NCBI GenBank assembly: GCA_038106075.1 | Contig: JAYODB010000001.1 | Coordinates: forward strand, 1-63,155 | Length of the DNA stretch: 63,155 nucleotides | Source: Cellulomonadaceae bacterium | GTDB lineage: Bacteria > Actinomycetota > Actinomycetes > Actinomycetales > Microbacteriaceae | Direction of reading: 5' to 3' | Shown: positions 29,503 to 38,998 of the stretch, piece by piece | How the letters are laid out: the number at the start of each line of letters is the position of its first letter | Numbering within the stretch: the stretch's first letter is position 1 | The notes under the pieces: model-generated | Databases searched by the model: none | What the model saw: only the letters and a program-made list of their open reading frames with translations | What the model was told of the DNA's origin: nothing | Made by a program: the position numbers and the translations under genes

Positions 29503-30455
29503 CGTTGGGTGCCTTTCACTTTTTCGGCTGCGCGCAAGCGAACCGACTGGCTTCGTGGGTTGTCACGCTGTTCCGTGCTGGAGGCCACCTCGGGCCCCTT
29601 CACAACCCAGCGATAGGTGGGTAGATCGGATTCGGGAATCACAGGAAGGTCAATGGGCGCACTCGACTGGGTGCGCGGCTCAATCGCGTGCTTCACCAGT
29701 CGGTCTTCACCGGAGTGGTAGGACATCACCACGATGCGCCCGCCGACCTCTAAACGGTCAAGAGCGGTCTCCAGCGCTGACTCGAGGACGGTGAGCTCCT
29801 CGTTGACGGCGATACGCAGTGCCTGGAAGACGCGCTTTGCGTTGTGACCGCGGCGGGGGTGACCGCCGGGCGTCGCGCGGTCAATAAGCTCCACGAGTTC
29901 TCCGGTGCGGGTGATGGGTTTCTCGTCGCGGGCAGAAACGATGGCCTGTGCGTAGCGGCTGGCATAGGGTTCGTCGCCGTAGCGTTCGAACAGGCGCTGA
30001 AGCTCGAACGCGGAGAGGTCAGCGAGGAGGTCTGCGGCAGTGGTTTCGTCATCGGCGTTCATCCGCATATCGAGCGGAGCGTCGAAGCGATAGCTAAATC
30101 CCCGCTCCGGCTCATCGAGCTGGAGCGAAGAGACGCCGAGGTCAAAAAGTATTCCCCGGGGTGATTCCCCGGGGAAGTGCTGGTCGAGTACAGAGTCGAG
30201 TTCGTCGTATCGAGCGTGGACGAGATGCGCGCGCTCGCCAAAGACCGCAAGCCTGGACTTTGCGAGAGCAAGAGCGTCGCGGTCGCGATCGATGCCGAGC
30301 AGAGTGATGGTGTCGAAGCGCTCGAGAAGGGCTTCCGCGTGGCCCCCCATCCCCAAGGTGGCGTCGACGACGAGGCCACCGGATTGGAGCGCGGGGCTGA
30401 GCAGTTCGATGCATCGATCGAGTAAGACCGGGGTGTGTGGGTAGGTGGTCATCAT
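29499..30455 (-). CDS. rsmH: 16S rRNA m4C1402 methyltransferase RsmH (MraW)
   Basis: HTPVLL, DATLGMGGHA, DLGVSSLQLD..RGFSY, FQALRIAVNEEL and NPRSQSVRLR. Confidence 0.97.
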   Translation of the reverse strand: MMTTYPHTPVLLDRCIELLSPALQSGGLVVDATLGMGGHAEALLERFDTITLLGIDRDRDALALAKSRLAVFGERAHLVHARYDELDSVLDQHFPGESPRGILFDLGVSSLQLDEPERGFSYRFDAPLDMRMNADDETTAADLLADLSAFELQRLFERYGDEPYASRYAQAIVSARDEKPITRTGELVELIDRATPGGHPRRGHNAKRVFQALRIAVNEELTVLESALETALDRLEVGGRIVVMSYHSGEDRLVKHAIEPRTQSSAPIDLPVIPESDLPTYRWVVKGPEVASSTEQRDNPRSQSVRLRAAEKVKGTQR

Positions 30456-30476
30456 GGTTCTCTTCCGCTGTTCCCT

Positions 30477-30556
30477 CCCACCTGTCCGATTCCCCTCCGT
30501 TGACCTGGCGCCGGGGAAGGTGCCCCAGGGCTACGGCAGGGAGTCGCACAAGTGGG
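30477..30556 (-). ncRNA. mraW RNA motif (structured cis-element between mraZ and rsmH)
   Basis: Minus-strand nested hairpin CCCACUUGU...CCGU...CCUGG-GGCAC[CUUCCCC]GGCGC-CAGG...ACGG...ACAGGUGGG. The terminal CUUCCCC loop (30513-30519) is characteristic of the actinobacterial mraW motif. Confidence 0.8.
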
Positions 30557-30988
30557 CTAGAAAAGCCCCGGAATCACCTCCTCCTCGGTCTCAGAGAAGG
30601 ACTGCTCACGATCGGCGTAATAGGTCTCCCATGCCGCCTGGTCCCAAATCTCTGCCCGAGTTCCCGCACCAATCACGGTGAGGTCTCGGTTGAGTCCGGC
30701 GTACTCGCGCAACGCCGGCGGGATCGTGACACGGAACTGCTTGTCGGGAACCTCAGCTGAGGCTCCGGAAAGGAAGAGGCGAAGGTAGTCGCGGCCAGCC
30801 TTACTGGTCAGGGGCGCTTCGCGGATCTTTTCGACGTGACGTTCAAACTCCGCTTCGGCGAAGACGTAGAGGCAGCGCTCTTGCCCACGGGTCAAGACGA
30901 CACCTCGGGAGAGTTCGTCACGGAACTTCGCGGGGAGAATCAGCCGGCCTTTGTCGTCCAGCTTGGGCGCATAGGTACCAAGAAACAT
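30557..30988 (-). CDS. mraZ: dcw cluster transcriptional regulator MraZ
   Basis: [23 protein letters not shown], 143 aa, first gene of the dcw cluster. Confidence 0.97.
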   Translation of the reverse strand: MFLGTYAPKLDDKGRLILPAKFRDELSRGVVLTRGQERCLYVFAEAEFERHVEKIREAPLTSKAGRDYLRLFLSGASAEVPDKQFRVTIPPALREYAGLNRDLTVIGAGTRAEIWDQAAWETYYADREQSFSETEEEVIPGLF

Positions 30989-31020
30989 CTTGCGCCCCCT
31001 TTCTCCGGCCCGATGAGGTA

Positions 31021-31060
31021 TTCACCACTTTACTCCATTTTGCTCCACTTTTCTCCATTT
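31021..31060 (-). promoter_or_regulatory. MraZ operator: four 10-bp-phased direct repeats
   Basis: Minus strand AAATGGAGAA AAGTGGAGCA AAATGGAGTA AAGTGGTGAA, i.e. (A/G)TGG(A/T)G boxes every 10 bp just upstream of mraZ. Confidence 0.85.
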
Positions 31061-31122
31061 TGACTATTTTTTTTGGAAAATTTCTCCACCCCTCTCCCCG
31101 GCCTATCTGCAGGAGGCGCAAC

Positions 31123-31149
31123 AAAAAACCGGCCCCAAGGGCCGGTTTT
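31123..31149 (-). terminator. Intrinsic terminator downstream of the DUF3040 gene
   Basis: AAAACCGGCCC-CAA-GGGCCGGTTTT hairpin with a U6 tract on the minus strand. Confidence 0.8.
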
Positions 31150-31163
31150 GAGGGTTTTTGGGG

Positions 31164-31532
31164 CTAGAGAGACTCGCCTCCACGGCGACGATCCCAGCGT
31201 TCGTTCAACTGGTCCATCAGCGACGAGGGCGAACGGCCTCCTCCACTGGAGCTGCGGGGCGTGCGCTCGAGTGCGGGTCCCGGAACGGTGACCGCAATCA
31301 TGACCCCAGCGAAGAGCACAATGAATCCGATGACACCCAGCCAGGTCAGGCTCGCCGAGACGGCCCACAGCATGACCGCCAAGCCCACGACACCCATCAC
31401 GACACCAGCCACAATGGCCGTGTAGTTGGGAGCACGCGTCGGTCCCATCGTGGTCACCACGTCAGCCTCGTTGCTATAGAGGTTGCGCTCCATCTCTTCG
31501 AGCAAACGCTGTTCGTGCTCTGACAGTGCCAT
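31164..31532 (-). CDS. DUF3040 family membrane protein
   Basis: MALSEHEQRLLEEMERNLY, two TM helices, LMDQLNERWDRR. Usual position upstream of mraZ. Confidence 0.9.
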   Translation of the reverse strand: MALSEHEQRLLEEMERNLYSNEADVVTTMGPTRAPNYTAIVAGVVMGVVGLAVMLWAVSASLTWLGVIGFIVLFAGVMIAVTVPGPALERTPRSSSGGGRSPSSLMDQLNERWDRRRGGESL

Positions 31533-31602
31533 GGCTACTCCTTGGGTGTTGCCGTTAGACGCTGTCGAGTGTAGAGCGAAAGGCTGAATATAGGCTAGAG
31601 GC

Positions 31603-32706
31603 GTGTCTGAGTCCGTGAGATTTGTCGACATTATCGACACCCGACTATCTGATTTCTTCTCCGCTAAACGTTCCGAGGTTCAACGCATTTCTCACGACCT
31701 CGTGCCGCTGGTCGACTATTCGCAATCGCTGCTCAGCGGAGGCAAAAGATTCCGCGCGCGATTTTGCTACTGGGGGTACCGGGCCATCGCAGGGCTCAAG
31801 GGTGACACTCCCCCGCAAAGCGCCGAGCACCCCGCCTTCACCCTGGCCACCGCTCTCGAGGTTTTTCACGCTGCCGCTCTGGTTCACGACGACATCATGG
31901 ACAAGTCCGACACTCGCCGAGGCGAAGCCTCAGCGCATCGACACTTCGAGGCACTCCACCAGGCGCAGGGTTTTGATCGAGATGCACTGCACTACGGAGA
32001 ATCCGCCGCGCTCATGGTGGGAGACCTTCTTCTTGCCTGGAGTTCAGAACTTGTGACTCAAGCGCTGAGCGAAGTCAACGATCCGAGCGTCATCGCCGCC
32101 GTTCGTGGCGAATTCCACCAGATGTGGAACGAGGTCACGATGGGCCAGTTCCTCGACATCCACGAGGAATCGTGCTGGCCCACCGTTCCCAATGACCAGC
32201 GATTTGAGCGAGCCATGACGGTCGTCACTTTCAAGTCAGCGAAATACAGCATGGAGGCCCCCCTTCGGCTCGGCGCAGCGCTCGCCGGAGGATCTGCCGA
32301 GCAGCGCGAGCAGCTCGCCGCTTTTGGACTCCCGCTCGGCGTGGCGTTCCAACTGAGAGACGACATGCTGGGGGTTTTTGGCAACCCCGAAGAGACCGGA
32401 AAGCCTTCCGGCGACGACCTGCGCGAGGGTAAGCGGACTGTGCTGATTGCGCTGGCCGCAGCGACGATGTCGAGTGGGGTGCGGCGCGTCTTCGAAGAAA
32501 TGCTCGGCAATCCCGACGTGACGGAGGAGCAAATCGCCGTCATGCAAAGCACATTGACGGAATCGGGCGCCGTCGATGAGGTGGAGAAGATCATCTCGGA
32601 GTCGGCCGATCGTGCCCTTTCCGCGCTCGACCAGGCCCGGCTCGATGGCGAAGCGGTCGGTGAACTGCGGCGTTTGGCCACCGCAGTGGTGAGCCGACGA
32701 GCTTAG
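31603..32706 (+). CDS. Polyprenyl (geranylgeranyl) diphosphate synthase
   Basis: GGKRFR, FARM LVHDDIMDKSDTRRG, KSAKYS, SARM AFQLRDD and GKPSGDDLREGK. Confidence 0.93.
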   Translation: MSESVRFVDIIDTRLSDFFSAKRSEVQRISHDLVPLVDYSQSLLSGGKRFRARFCYWGYRAIAGLKGDTPPQSAEHPAFTLATALEVFHAAALVHDDIMDKSDTRRGEASAHRHFEALHQAQGFDRDALHYGESAALMVGDLLLAWSSELVTQALSEVNDPSVIAAVRGEFHQMWNEVTMGQFLDIHEESCWPTVPNDQRFERAMTVVTFKSAKYSMEAPLRLGAALAGGSAEQREQLAAFGLPLGVAFQLRDDMLGVFGNPEETGKPSGDDLREGKRTVLIALAAATMSSGVRRVFEEMLGNPDVTEEQIAVMQSTLTESGAVDEVEKIISESADRALSALDQARLDGEAVGELRRLATAVVSRRA

Positions 32707-33038
32707 ACGGCGAGCCCCTGGGCGATTCTCCGTACTTCTTTTTTGCGGCCCTGCCGGAGCGCGGCAATCGGTGACCCTCCCAACTCTTCGTTGTCCTCGA
32801 TCAACCAATCGAGAGCCTCGTCGGGGCTGAACCCCCCGTCCATGAGGAGGGTGGCGGTTCCCGGCAGTTCTTTGAGTGTGCCTCCCTCCACCATTACCTC
32901 GGGGATGAGGAGTACTCCGGTGCGACGCGAGCCCAGCAATAGCCGCTCTTCCAGGAGTTGGCGCACCTTGGTCGGTGTCGTGCCGAGGCGCTCGGCAACG
33001 TCAGGAACGGGCAGCCATCCGGATGGAGTCTCAGTCAC
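32703..33038 (-). CDS. Rv2175c family DNA-binding protein
   Basis: WLPVPDVAERLG HTH, LPGTATLLMDGGF and PIAALRQGRKKEVRRIAQ. Probable GTG start at 33038. Confidence 0.85.
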   Translation of the reverse strand: MTETPSGWLPVPDVAERLGTTPTKVRQLLEERLLLGSRRTGVLLIPEVMVEGGTLKELPGTATLLMDGGFSPDEALDWLIEDNEELGGSPIAALRQGRKKEVRRIAQGLAV

Positions 33039-33177
33039 GGCTCTAGGGTGCCACGGCCTGTGTCGTGGCATCAGAACGAGCGCGGAATCCATTTGTTACA
33101 AACATGTAAACTCACGCCACACCCGTCACGTTGATTGACATTGACCACATGCTGTGTCAGCGTAGAGGCGTGGCACA

Positions 33178-34686
33178 GTGCCACCTTCAGCCAACCCTGC
33201 GGAGCGTGACGTGAGCGATAAGAGCGACCTCACTGCCACCGGTCGGACGCCTCGCGACGACCGTCACTATTTCGGTGCGTCATCGACCCCCGAAATCGCG
33301 CCCGACATTTTCCGCGGATTGACCCCGCGTATCTCCATTAACCCCACTCCCCCAGCGGCGGGTGTCGGTCAGGCCACCGCCAACACGCTCCGCAACAGCC
33401 TGCCTATTTTGATGACCGGAAGCCTGGCCGCGGGCGTGGCGGTGACCAGCTCGATTCCTGTCTACGCCGAAGAAGCACGCGGCTCGTCAGGAAATGGCTC
33501 GCACAGAGCCAAGGCGTCCTTTTCCGACCTGATTTCTCAGGCCTTTGTTCCGCTCTCCCACCGCGTCGTCACCACCGTGGCCCCGCATATCCCTGATACC
33601 TATACCGTCAAACGTGGCGACACCTTGAGCACCGTCGCGGAACGCTTCGGGATTCCTACAGCCCTCCTGCTCACCCTCAACGGACTGAACTGGAACTCGA
33701 TCTTGCACGAGGGGCAAATCGTGAAGCTCACCACCGCACCGGGCAAGGAAAAGGGTCTCGCCCCCGCGCGAGCTGGCGAGCAGAAACATCGGGTGGCCGA
33801 GGGCGACACGTTGAGCGCCGTCGCTGAGCGATACGGCATCTCCGTTTCAGCGTTGGCTCAAGCCAACGGGCTTCAAGCGAGTGACCAGGTCTTCCCCGGT
33901 GAATCCTTGGTGATTCCCGGCACCCGCACCGACACGGCACCGCGCCTCGCAGATACAAGTGTCGGAAACGTCCCCCGCATTGTCTTCGCGAGTGCCGCTC
34001 AGGATAGCGAGGCGGACCAGGCGCAAGAGGACACCGAACAGGACACCGAGGGATCTGAAGAGGTCCCCGCGCATCAGGACGGTGACCCGGTCGGCTGGCA
34101 GATTGCACAGGCACCCGAGTTGAGACCAGAAAAGCCTGCTCCCGCCCCCGCACCTGCCCCTGCACCGGCACCGGTAGCCCCGAAACCTCAACCTAAGATC
34201 GCGGAAGAGAAGCAGCCAAGCACCAGCGAATCCTCCTCGACCCAGACTGCTCCGAAGCCTGTTTCGGGTGCCATTACACCGCTCAACGACACCCGTCGGG
34301 CTAACGCCAGCGTCATCGTGCACGTGGGACGCGACCTCGGCATCCCCGACTATGGCATCGTGATCGCGCTGGCCACAGCCATGCAGGAATCTTCGCTTCG
34401 AAACATCGACTGGGGTGACCGCGACTCGGTCGGCCTCTATCAGCAGCGCCCCAGCAGCGGCTGGGGATCCGTGGAACAGATCATGGATCCGGTTTTCGCG
34501 ACAAAAGCTTTCTTTGGCGGGCCGTCTAACCCCAACCCCGGCCGAACCCGCGGGCTCTTGGATTATTCGGGCTGGCAGTCAATGTCACTCACAGTCGCTG
34601 CCCAGAAGGTACAGCGCTCTGCCTACCCCGAGGCCTACGCAAAGTGGGAAGCCAGCGCCTGGGCCTGGCTCGAGGAATTGAGCTAG
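33178..34686 (+). CDS. LysM-domain protein with C-terminal lysozyme-like (putative peptidoglycan hydrolase) domain
   Basis: Two LysM repeats (YTVKRGDTLSTVA, HRVAEGDTLSAVA), acidic/PA-rich linker, C-terminal ALATAMQESSLRN..GDRDSVGLYQQRPSSGWG..AQKVQRSAYP. Exact start uncertain. Confidence 0.85.
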   Translation: MPPSANPAERDVSDKSDLTATGRTPRDDRHYFGASSTPEIAPDIFRGLTPRISINPTPPAAGVGQATANTLRNSLPILMTGSLAAGVAVTSSIPVYAEEARGSSGNGSHRAKASFSDLISQAFVPLSHRVVTTVAPHIPDTYTVKRGDTLSTVAERFGIPTALLLTLNGLNWNSILHEGQIVKLTTAPGKEKGLAPARAGEQKHRVAEGDTLSAVAERYGISVSALAQANGLQASDQVFPGESLVIPGTRTDTAPRLADTSVGNVPRIVFASAAQDSEADQAQEDTEQDTEGSEEVPAHQDGDPVGWQIAQAPELRPEKPAPAPAPAPAPAPVAPKPQPKIAEEKQPSTSESSSTQTAPKPVSGAITPLNDTRRANASVIVHVGRDLGIPDYGIVIALATAMQESSLRNIDWGDRDSVGLYQQRPSSGWGSVEQIMDPVFATKAFFGGPSNPNPGRTRGLLDYSGWQSMSLTVAAQKVQRSAYPEAYAKWEASAWAWLEELS

Positions 34687-34743
34687 CCTCACCCCCGAGC
34701 GCCTCGGAGGATTCGGGCACTCGCCCGAATACAATCCCAACAA

Positions 34744-36711
34744 ATGACTTCCTCCACGCCTGACCCGCTGATTGGTCGCACCATCGACCAGCGATACCTG
34801 ATCGAAGATCGCATCGCCCGCGGCGGTATGGCAGCGGTCTATCGAGGCTTGGATTATCGACTTGATCGCCCGGTTGCCGTGAAAATCATGCACCCGCACC
34901 TCGCCGAAGACGAACACTTCACCGGGAGGTTCATCCAAGAAGCGCGTCAAGCCGCACGGCTCGCCCACCCCAACATTGTGAATGTCTTTGACCAGGGCCA
35001 AGACGGGCAAATCACCTTCATCGTGATGGAGTACCTGCCGGGAATCACCCTGCGGGAGCTCTTGAGAGATTTTGGCCAGCTCACGCCCTCTCAGGCCATC
35101 GACGTCGTCAAAGCCATCCTCCAGGGTCTCGATGCGGCCCACAGCGCGGGCATCGTGCACCGAGACCTGAAGCCGGAAAACGTGCTGATGGCCGATGACG
35201 GTCGAATCAAAATCGCAGACTTTGGTCTCGCCCGAGCCGCGTCACACAACACCCAAACCGGGCAGGCGCTGCTGGGTACGGTGGCGTACCTCTCCCCCGA
35301 GCTCGTGACCGGCTCTCCCGCGGATGTGAGAAGCGACCTCTATGCCCTGGGCATCATGATGTTTGAGATGCTCACCGGTCGTCAGCCCTTTACGGGTGAT
35401 CAGGCCGTGACCATCGCCTACCAACACGCGAACGCGTCGGTGCCCCTTCCCAGCACCATCAACCCCAGCGTGCCCGCGGAACTCGACGAACTCGTTCAGT
35501 GGTGCACAAAGCGTTCGCCGGATGAGCGTCCTCCCCACGCCAAGGCTCTGCTCGACCACATTCGCAGCATCGAACCCCAACTCGCCCGACGCGCCCAAGC
35601 CGAAACACCAACCGAGGCCATCACGACTCCACGCACCAAGGTGATGGCGCCGGCCCCATCGAACTCCGACGACCTGCCGACCGAGGTGCTCAGTCGAGAA
35701 GAAGATGTCTTCGCCGGGCTCGAGGTGCCCGACTATTCGGCCTCACCCCAAGAGCCCGCCGCCTCAACAATGACTGCGCCGAGAAAGGGTCCCGGTGTCG
35801 GGCTCTGGGCAACGTTCATCGTTGCCGCAGTGGCCGTCGTCGGTGTCGCGATATGGCTATTCATGCCCCGCGGACCCATGATTCTCACGGTGGGAGACGT
35901 CCGCGGCCTCACCCTCGACCAAGCCCAGCTACAGCTCACCGACTCTGGCTTTGTGGTGGCTGACGCGACGGAAGAAGCGTTTGATGAAGAGATTCCCGTC
36001 GGCCTCGTCGTGGGAACAACCCCGGAGGCGGGGGCTGAAGTCATCGAGGGAACCGAAATCACGATTGTTCTCTCGATTGGAGTGGAGCCCACTGCCCTTC
36101 CGCCGCTGGTGGGGCTTTCACTTTCCGAGGCGACTGCTCGTCTCAGCGACGCTCAATTAGAACTCGGCGAGGTGACCTACGAATATTCCGAGACCAGCGA
36201 GAAAGACGCGGTCATGTCGGTGAGCGACTCCCAGGGTGGTGCGGTGGCTCCGAACACAGAGTTGGAACCGGGAGTCAGCATCAACCTCGTGGTGAGCGCC
36301 GGGGCACTCCCCAACGTCGTTGGCCTCACTGTCGAAGAAGCCGAAGCGTTGCTCTCCGACGCGGGCCTGGTCGGCGTTGTGGGTGGAGACGGACAGTTCT
36401 CTGACTCCATCGCAGAGGGTCTGGTGATCGACTACGTGAGACCTCAGGGCATCCAACTGCGCCCTGGCGACACGGTCACCCTCACTGTTTCTCGAGGCCC
36501 CGAACTCATCTCCATACCCGACGACCTGGTTGGGGCCACGATTCAAGACGCGGTCGATGCGCTCGAAGCGCTCGAATTGAGAGTGGAAGTGCGCTCGGAG
36601 TACCCCGAAACGGCGTGGGACGAACCCTTTGCCCGGGTGACCAGCTTGGAGCCGGGAGAGGGCCAACAGGTTCCCAAAGGAACCTTGGTGATTATCCGTA
36701 GCTTCGTTTAG
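34744..36711 (+). CDS. PASTA-domain Ser/Thr protein kinase (PknL-like position)
   Basis: IARGGMAAVY, VAVK, HRDLKPEN, DFGLA and YLSPE, then a TM helix and about four PASTA repeats. Confidence 0.95.
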   Translation: MTSSTPDPLIGRTIDQRYLIEDRIARGGMAAVYRGLDYRLDRPVAVKIMHPHLAEDEHFTGRFIQEARQAARLAHPNIVNVFDQGQDGQITFIVMEYLPGITLRELLRDFGQLTPSQAIDVVKAILQGLDAAHSAGIVHRDLKPENVLMADDGRIKIADFGLARAASHNTQTGQALLGTVAYLSPELVTGSPADVRSDLYALGIMMFEMLTGRQPFTGDQAVTIAYQHANASVPLPSTINPSVPAELDELVQWCTKRSPDERPPHAKALLDHIRSIEPQLARRAQAETPTEAITTPRTKVMAPAPSNSDDLPTEVLSREEDVFAGLEVPDYSASPQEPAASTMTAPRKGPGVGLWATFIVAAVAVVGVAIWLFMPRGPMILTVGDVRGLTLDQAQLQLTDSGFVVADATEEAFDEEIPVGLVVGTTPEAGAEVIEGTEITIVLSIGVEPTALPPLVGLSLSEATARLSDAQLELGEVTYEYSETSEKDAVMSVSDSQGGAVAPNTELEPGVSINLVVSAGALPNVVGLTVEEAEALLSDAGLVGVVGGDGQFSDSIAEGLVIDYVRPQGIQLRPGDTVTLTVSRGPELISIPDDLVGATIQDAVDALEALELRVEVRSEYPETAWDEPFARVTSLEPGEGQQVPKGTLVIIRSFV

Positions 36712-38099
36712 GCGGGGGCTCCTGCGAGCTCTTCGGCCACCAGGAAGGCAAGCTCGAGAGACTGTTGGTGGTTCAACCGCGGGTCACAGAGTGACTCGTA
36801 GCGGGTTTCTAAGCCCAACTCATCAATCTGTTGAGTTCCACCCAGGCACTCGGTGACATCATCGCCGGTGAGCTCCACGTGAATTCCACCAGGGTGAGTT
36901 CCCACGGCGCGGTGTGCTTCGAAGAAGCCTTTCACTTCGTCGACGACGTCGTCGAACCGACGAGTCTTGTAGCCGGTCTGGGTGGTGATGCCATTGCCGT
37001 GCATGGGGTCGGTCACCCAAATGGGTGTGGCGTCGGACGCCTTCGCGGCCTCGAGCAAGTCGGGCAGCACATCGCGAACCTTTTCGGCTCCCATCCGGGT
37101 AATGAACGTCAAACGTCCAGGCAGACGCTCGGGGTCGAGAATGTCGATCAACTGCTTCATCGTGTCCACGGTGGTCGACGGCCCCAACTTCACGCCGATG
37201 GGGTTTTGCACACGCGAGAAGAAATCGACGTGGGCCCCATCGAGATCGCGGGTGCGCTCACCAATCCAGATGAAATGGGCCGAGGTGTCGTAGGGCAGGC
37301 CGGTGCGCGAGTCGAGACGAGTCATCGCACGCTCGTAATCCATCAACAGGCCTTCGTGTGACGCATAAAAGTCGACTCGTTTGAGCTCATCAAAGTTGGC
37401 CCCTGCGGCCTCCATGAATCGCACCGCTCGGTCGATTTCTCTCGCCAAACCCTCGTAACGGTGGTTTGCGGGGTTTTTAGCGAAGCCCTTATTCCAGCTG
37501 TGCACCATTCGAAGATCAGCGAAGCCACCCTGGGTGAAGGCCCGGATGAGGTTCAGCGTCGACGACGCCGTGTGGTAGCCCTCGAGCATCCGCTCGGGAT
37601 TGTGTGCCCGCGACTCTTCGGTGAATTCGTAGCCATTGACCATGTCGCCTCGGTAGGCCGGCAGGGTCACGCCATCGCGGGTCTCCTCGTCGCTCGACCG
37701 GGGCTTGGCAAATTGACCGGCCATTCGGCCCATCTTCACGATGGGCAGGGACGCGCCATAGGTCAACACCACCGCCATCTGAAGGATGGTCTTGACCCGG
37801 TTTCGGATTTGGTCAGCCGTGGCGCCGGAGAACGTTTCTGCGCAGTCACCGCCTTGGAGGAGGAACGATTTGCCGTGAGCCACATCGGCGAGTTTGGCGC
37901 GGAGCTGGTCGACTTCACCCGCAAACACCAGCGGCGGAACCTTCACCAGTGAATCAAACACGGCCTTCGCCGCGTCCGCGTCCGGCCAGGTGGGCTGCTG
38001 CTTGATCGGCAGGCTTCGCCAGTGGTCGAGGCCTTCGACCACTCCGGGCTGTGGATCAACGCTCGCCTCAGTGGGGTCGAGCATGGTGGGGACGTTCAT
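36708..38099 (-). CDS. Class II DAHP synthase
   Basis: LQGGDCAE, GRMAGQFAKPRS, WIGERTR, DPMHGN and CDPRLN. Confidence 0.96.
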   Translation of the reverse strand: MNVPTMLDPTEASVDPQPGVVEGLDHWRSLPIKQQPTWPDADAAKAVFDSLVKVPPLVFAGEVDQLRAKLADVAHGKSFLLQGGDCAETFSGATADQIRNRVKTILQMAVVLTYGASLPIVKMGRMAGQFAKPRSSDEETRDGVTLPAYRGDMVNGYEFTEESRAHNPERMLEGYHTASSTLNLIRAFTQGGFADLRMVHSWNKGFAKNPANHRYEGLAREIDRAVRFMEAAGANFDELKRVDFYASHEGLLMDYERAMTRLDSRTGLPYDTSAHFIWIGERTRDLDGAHVDFFSRVQNPIGVKLGPSTTVDTMKQLIDILDPERLPGRLTFITRMGAEKVRDVLPDLLEAAKASDATPIWVTDPMHGNGITTQTGYKTRRFDDVVDEVKGFFEAHRAVGTHPGGIHVELTGDDVTECLGGTQQIDELGLETRYESLCDPRLNHQQSLELAFLVAEELAGAPA

Positions 38100-38135
38100 G
38101 GTTCTCCGGAATTCACGCGGGATGAAACAACCGCT

Positions 38136-38852
38136 CTAGCCTACCGAGTCTGCCCTTTCGCTCCGTCCGCCTGCGGGCTGGTTGCGCACCGTGGAGGCAT
38201 AGACGTCGACATATTCTTGGCCGCTCAGTTGATTCATGCGATAAATGATTTCGTCGGTGATGGCGCGCAGGACAAACCGGTCGCTCTCCATGCCCTCGAA
38301 ACGAGAGAAGTTCATCGGCGCGCCCACCGTCACGCTCACCCGCTTCACCTTGGGGAGCTTTGCTCCCAGCGGCATCACGTCGTCTGTCCCCCGCACCGCA
38401 ACCGGAATGACGGGCACGTGCGCTTCCAGCACCATCCTCGCCACCCCGGTTCGACCGCGATACATTCTTCCGTCGGGAGAGCGGGTGCCTTCGGGGTAAA
38501 TGCCCAAAACCCGCCCCTCGGAAAGAACCTCGAGTCCGGTGTTGAGCGACGCCTCGGAGGCTTTTCCGCCGCTTCGGTCAATCGGCAACTGACCCGCTGA
38601 GGTCATAAACCACTTCACAATCGCGCCTTTGAGGCCGCGACCGGTGAAGTAGTCGCTTTTTGCGAGGAACGTCATCTGGCGGGGCATCGCGAGGGGAAGA
38701 AAAATACTGTCGACAAACGACAGATGGTTACACACGATGATCGCGGCACCCTCGCGCGGGACGTGTTCGAGTCCAGTAATTCGCGGCCGAAATACGCTCG
38801 CGACGAGCGGACCAAGAACCCCGTTCTTGAGCCACCAGTAAAAGAACGACAC
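38136..38852 (-). CDS. 1-acyl-glycerol-3-phosphate (lysophospholipid) acyltransferase
   Basis: NHLSFVDS (HX4D), FLAKSDYF and IYPEGTRSPDG. GTG start at 38852. Confidence 0.93.
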   Translation of the reverse strand: MSFFYWWLKNGVLGPLVASVFRPRITGLEHVPREGAAIIVCNHLSFVDSIFLPLAMPRQMTFLAKSDYFTGRGLKGAIVKWFMTSAGQLPIDRSGGKASEASLNTGLEVLSEGRVLGIYPEGTRSPDGRMYRGRTGVARMVLEAHVPVIPVAVRGTDDVMPLGAKLPKVKRVSVTVGAPMNFSRFEGMESDRFVLRAITDEIIYRMNQLSGQEYVDVYASTVRNQPAGGRSERADSVG

Positions 38853-38998
38853 GTTGCACCCCCGCCCTAAGGGTAGTACCAGCCCGAGCAGAGGGAAAAA
38901 ACCCTTTCTTTGTGGATTATCACCAAACACCGGGCGGTTCGAGGTCGATAGGCTCAGCAGGTGAGACAAAATTGTCGAGCGCTTACAAAGGAGTCAGC

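Noticed and set aside
31021-31080. AT-rich short periodic repeats, considered as CRISPR or iteron-like
   Set aside because: The 10-bp period with no spacers, directly upstream of mraZ, is explained as the MraZ operator.
34135-34173. CCN-GCN tandem repeat, considered as a VNTR or contingency locus
   Set aside because: Synonymous positions vary, so it is a protein-level (PA)n linker rather than a slippage-prone DNA repeat.
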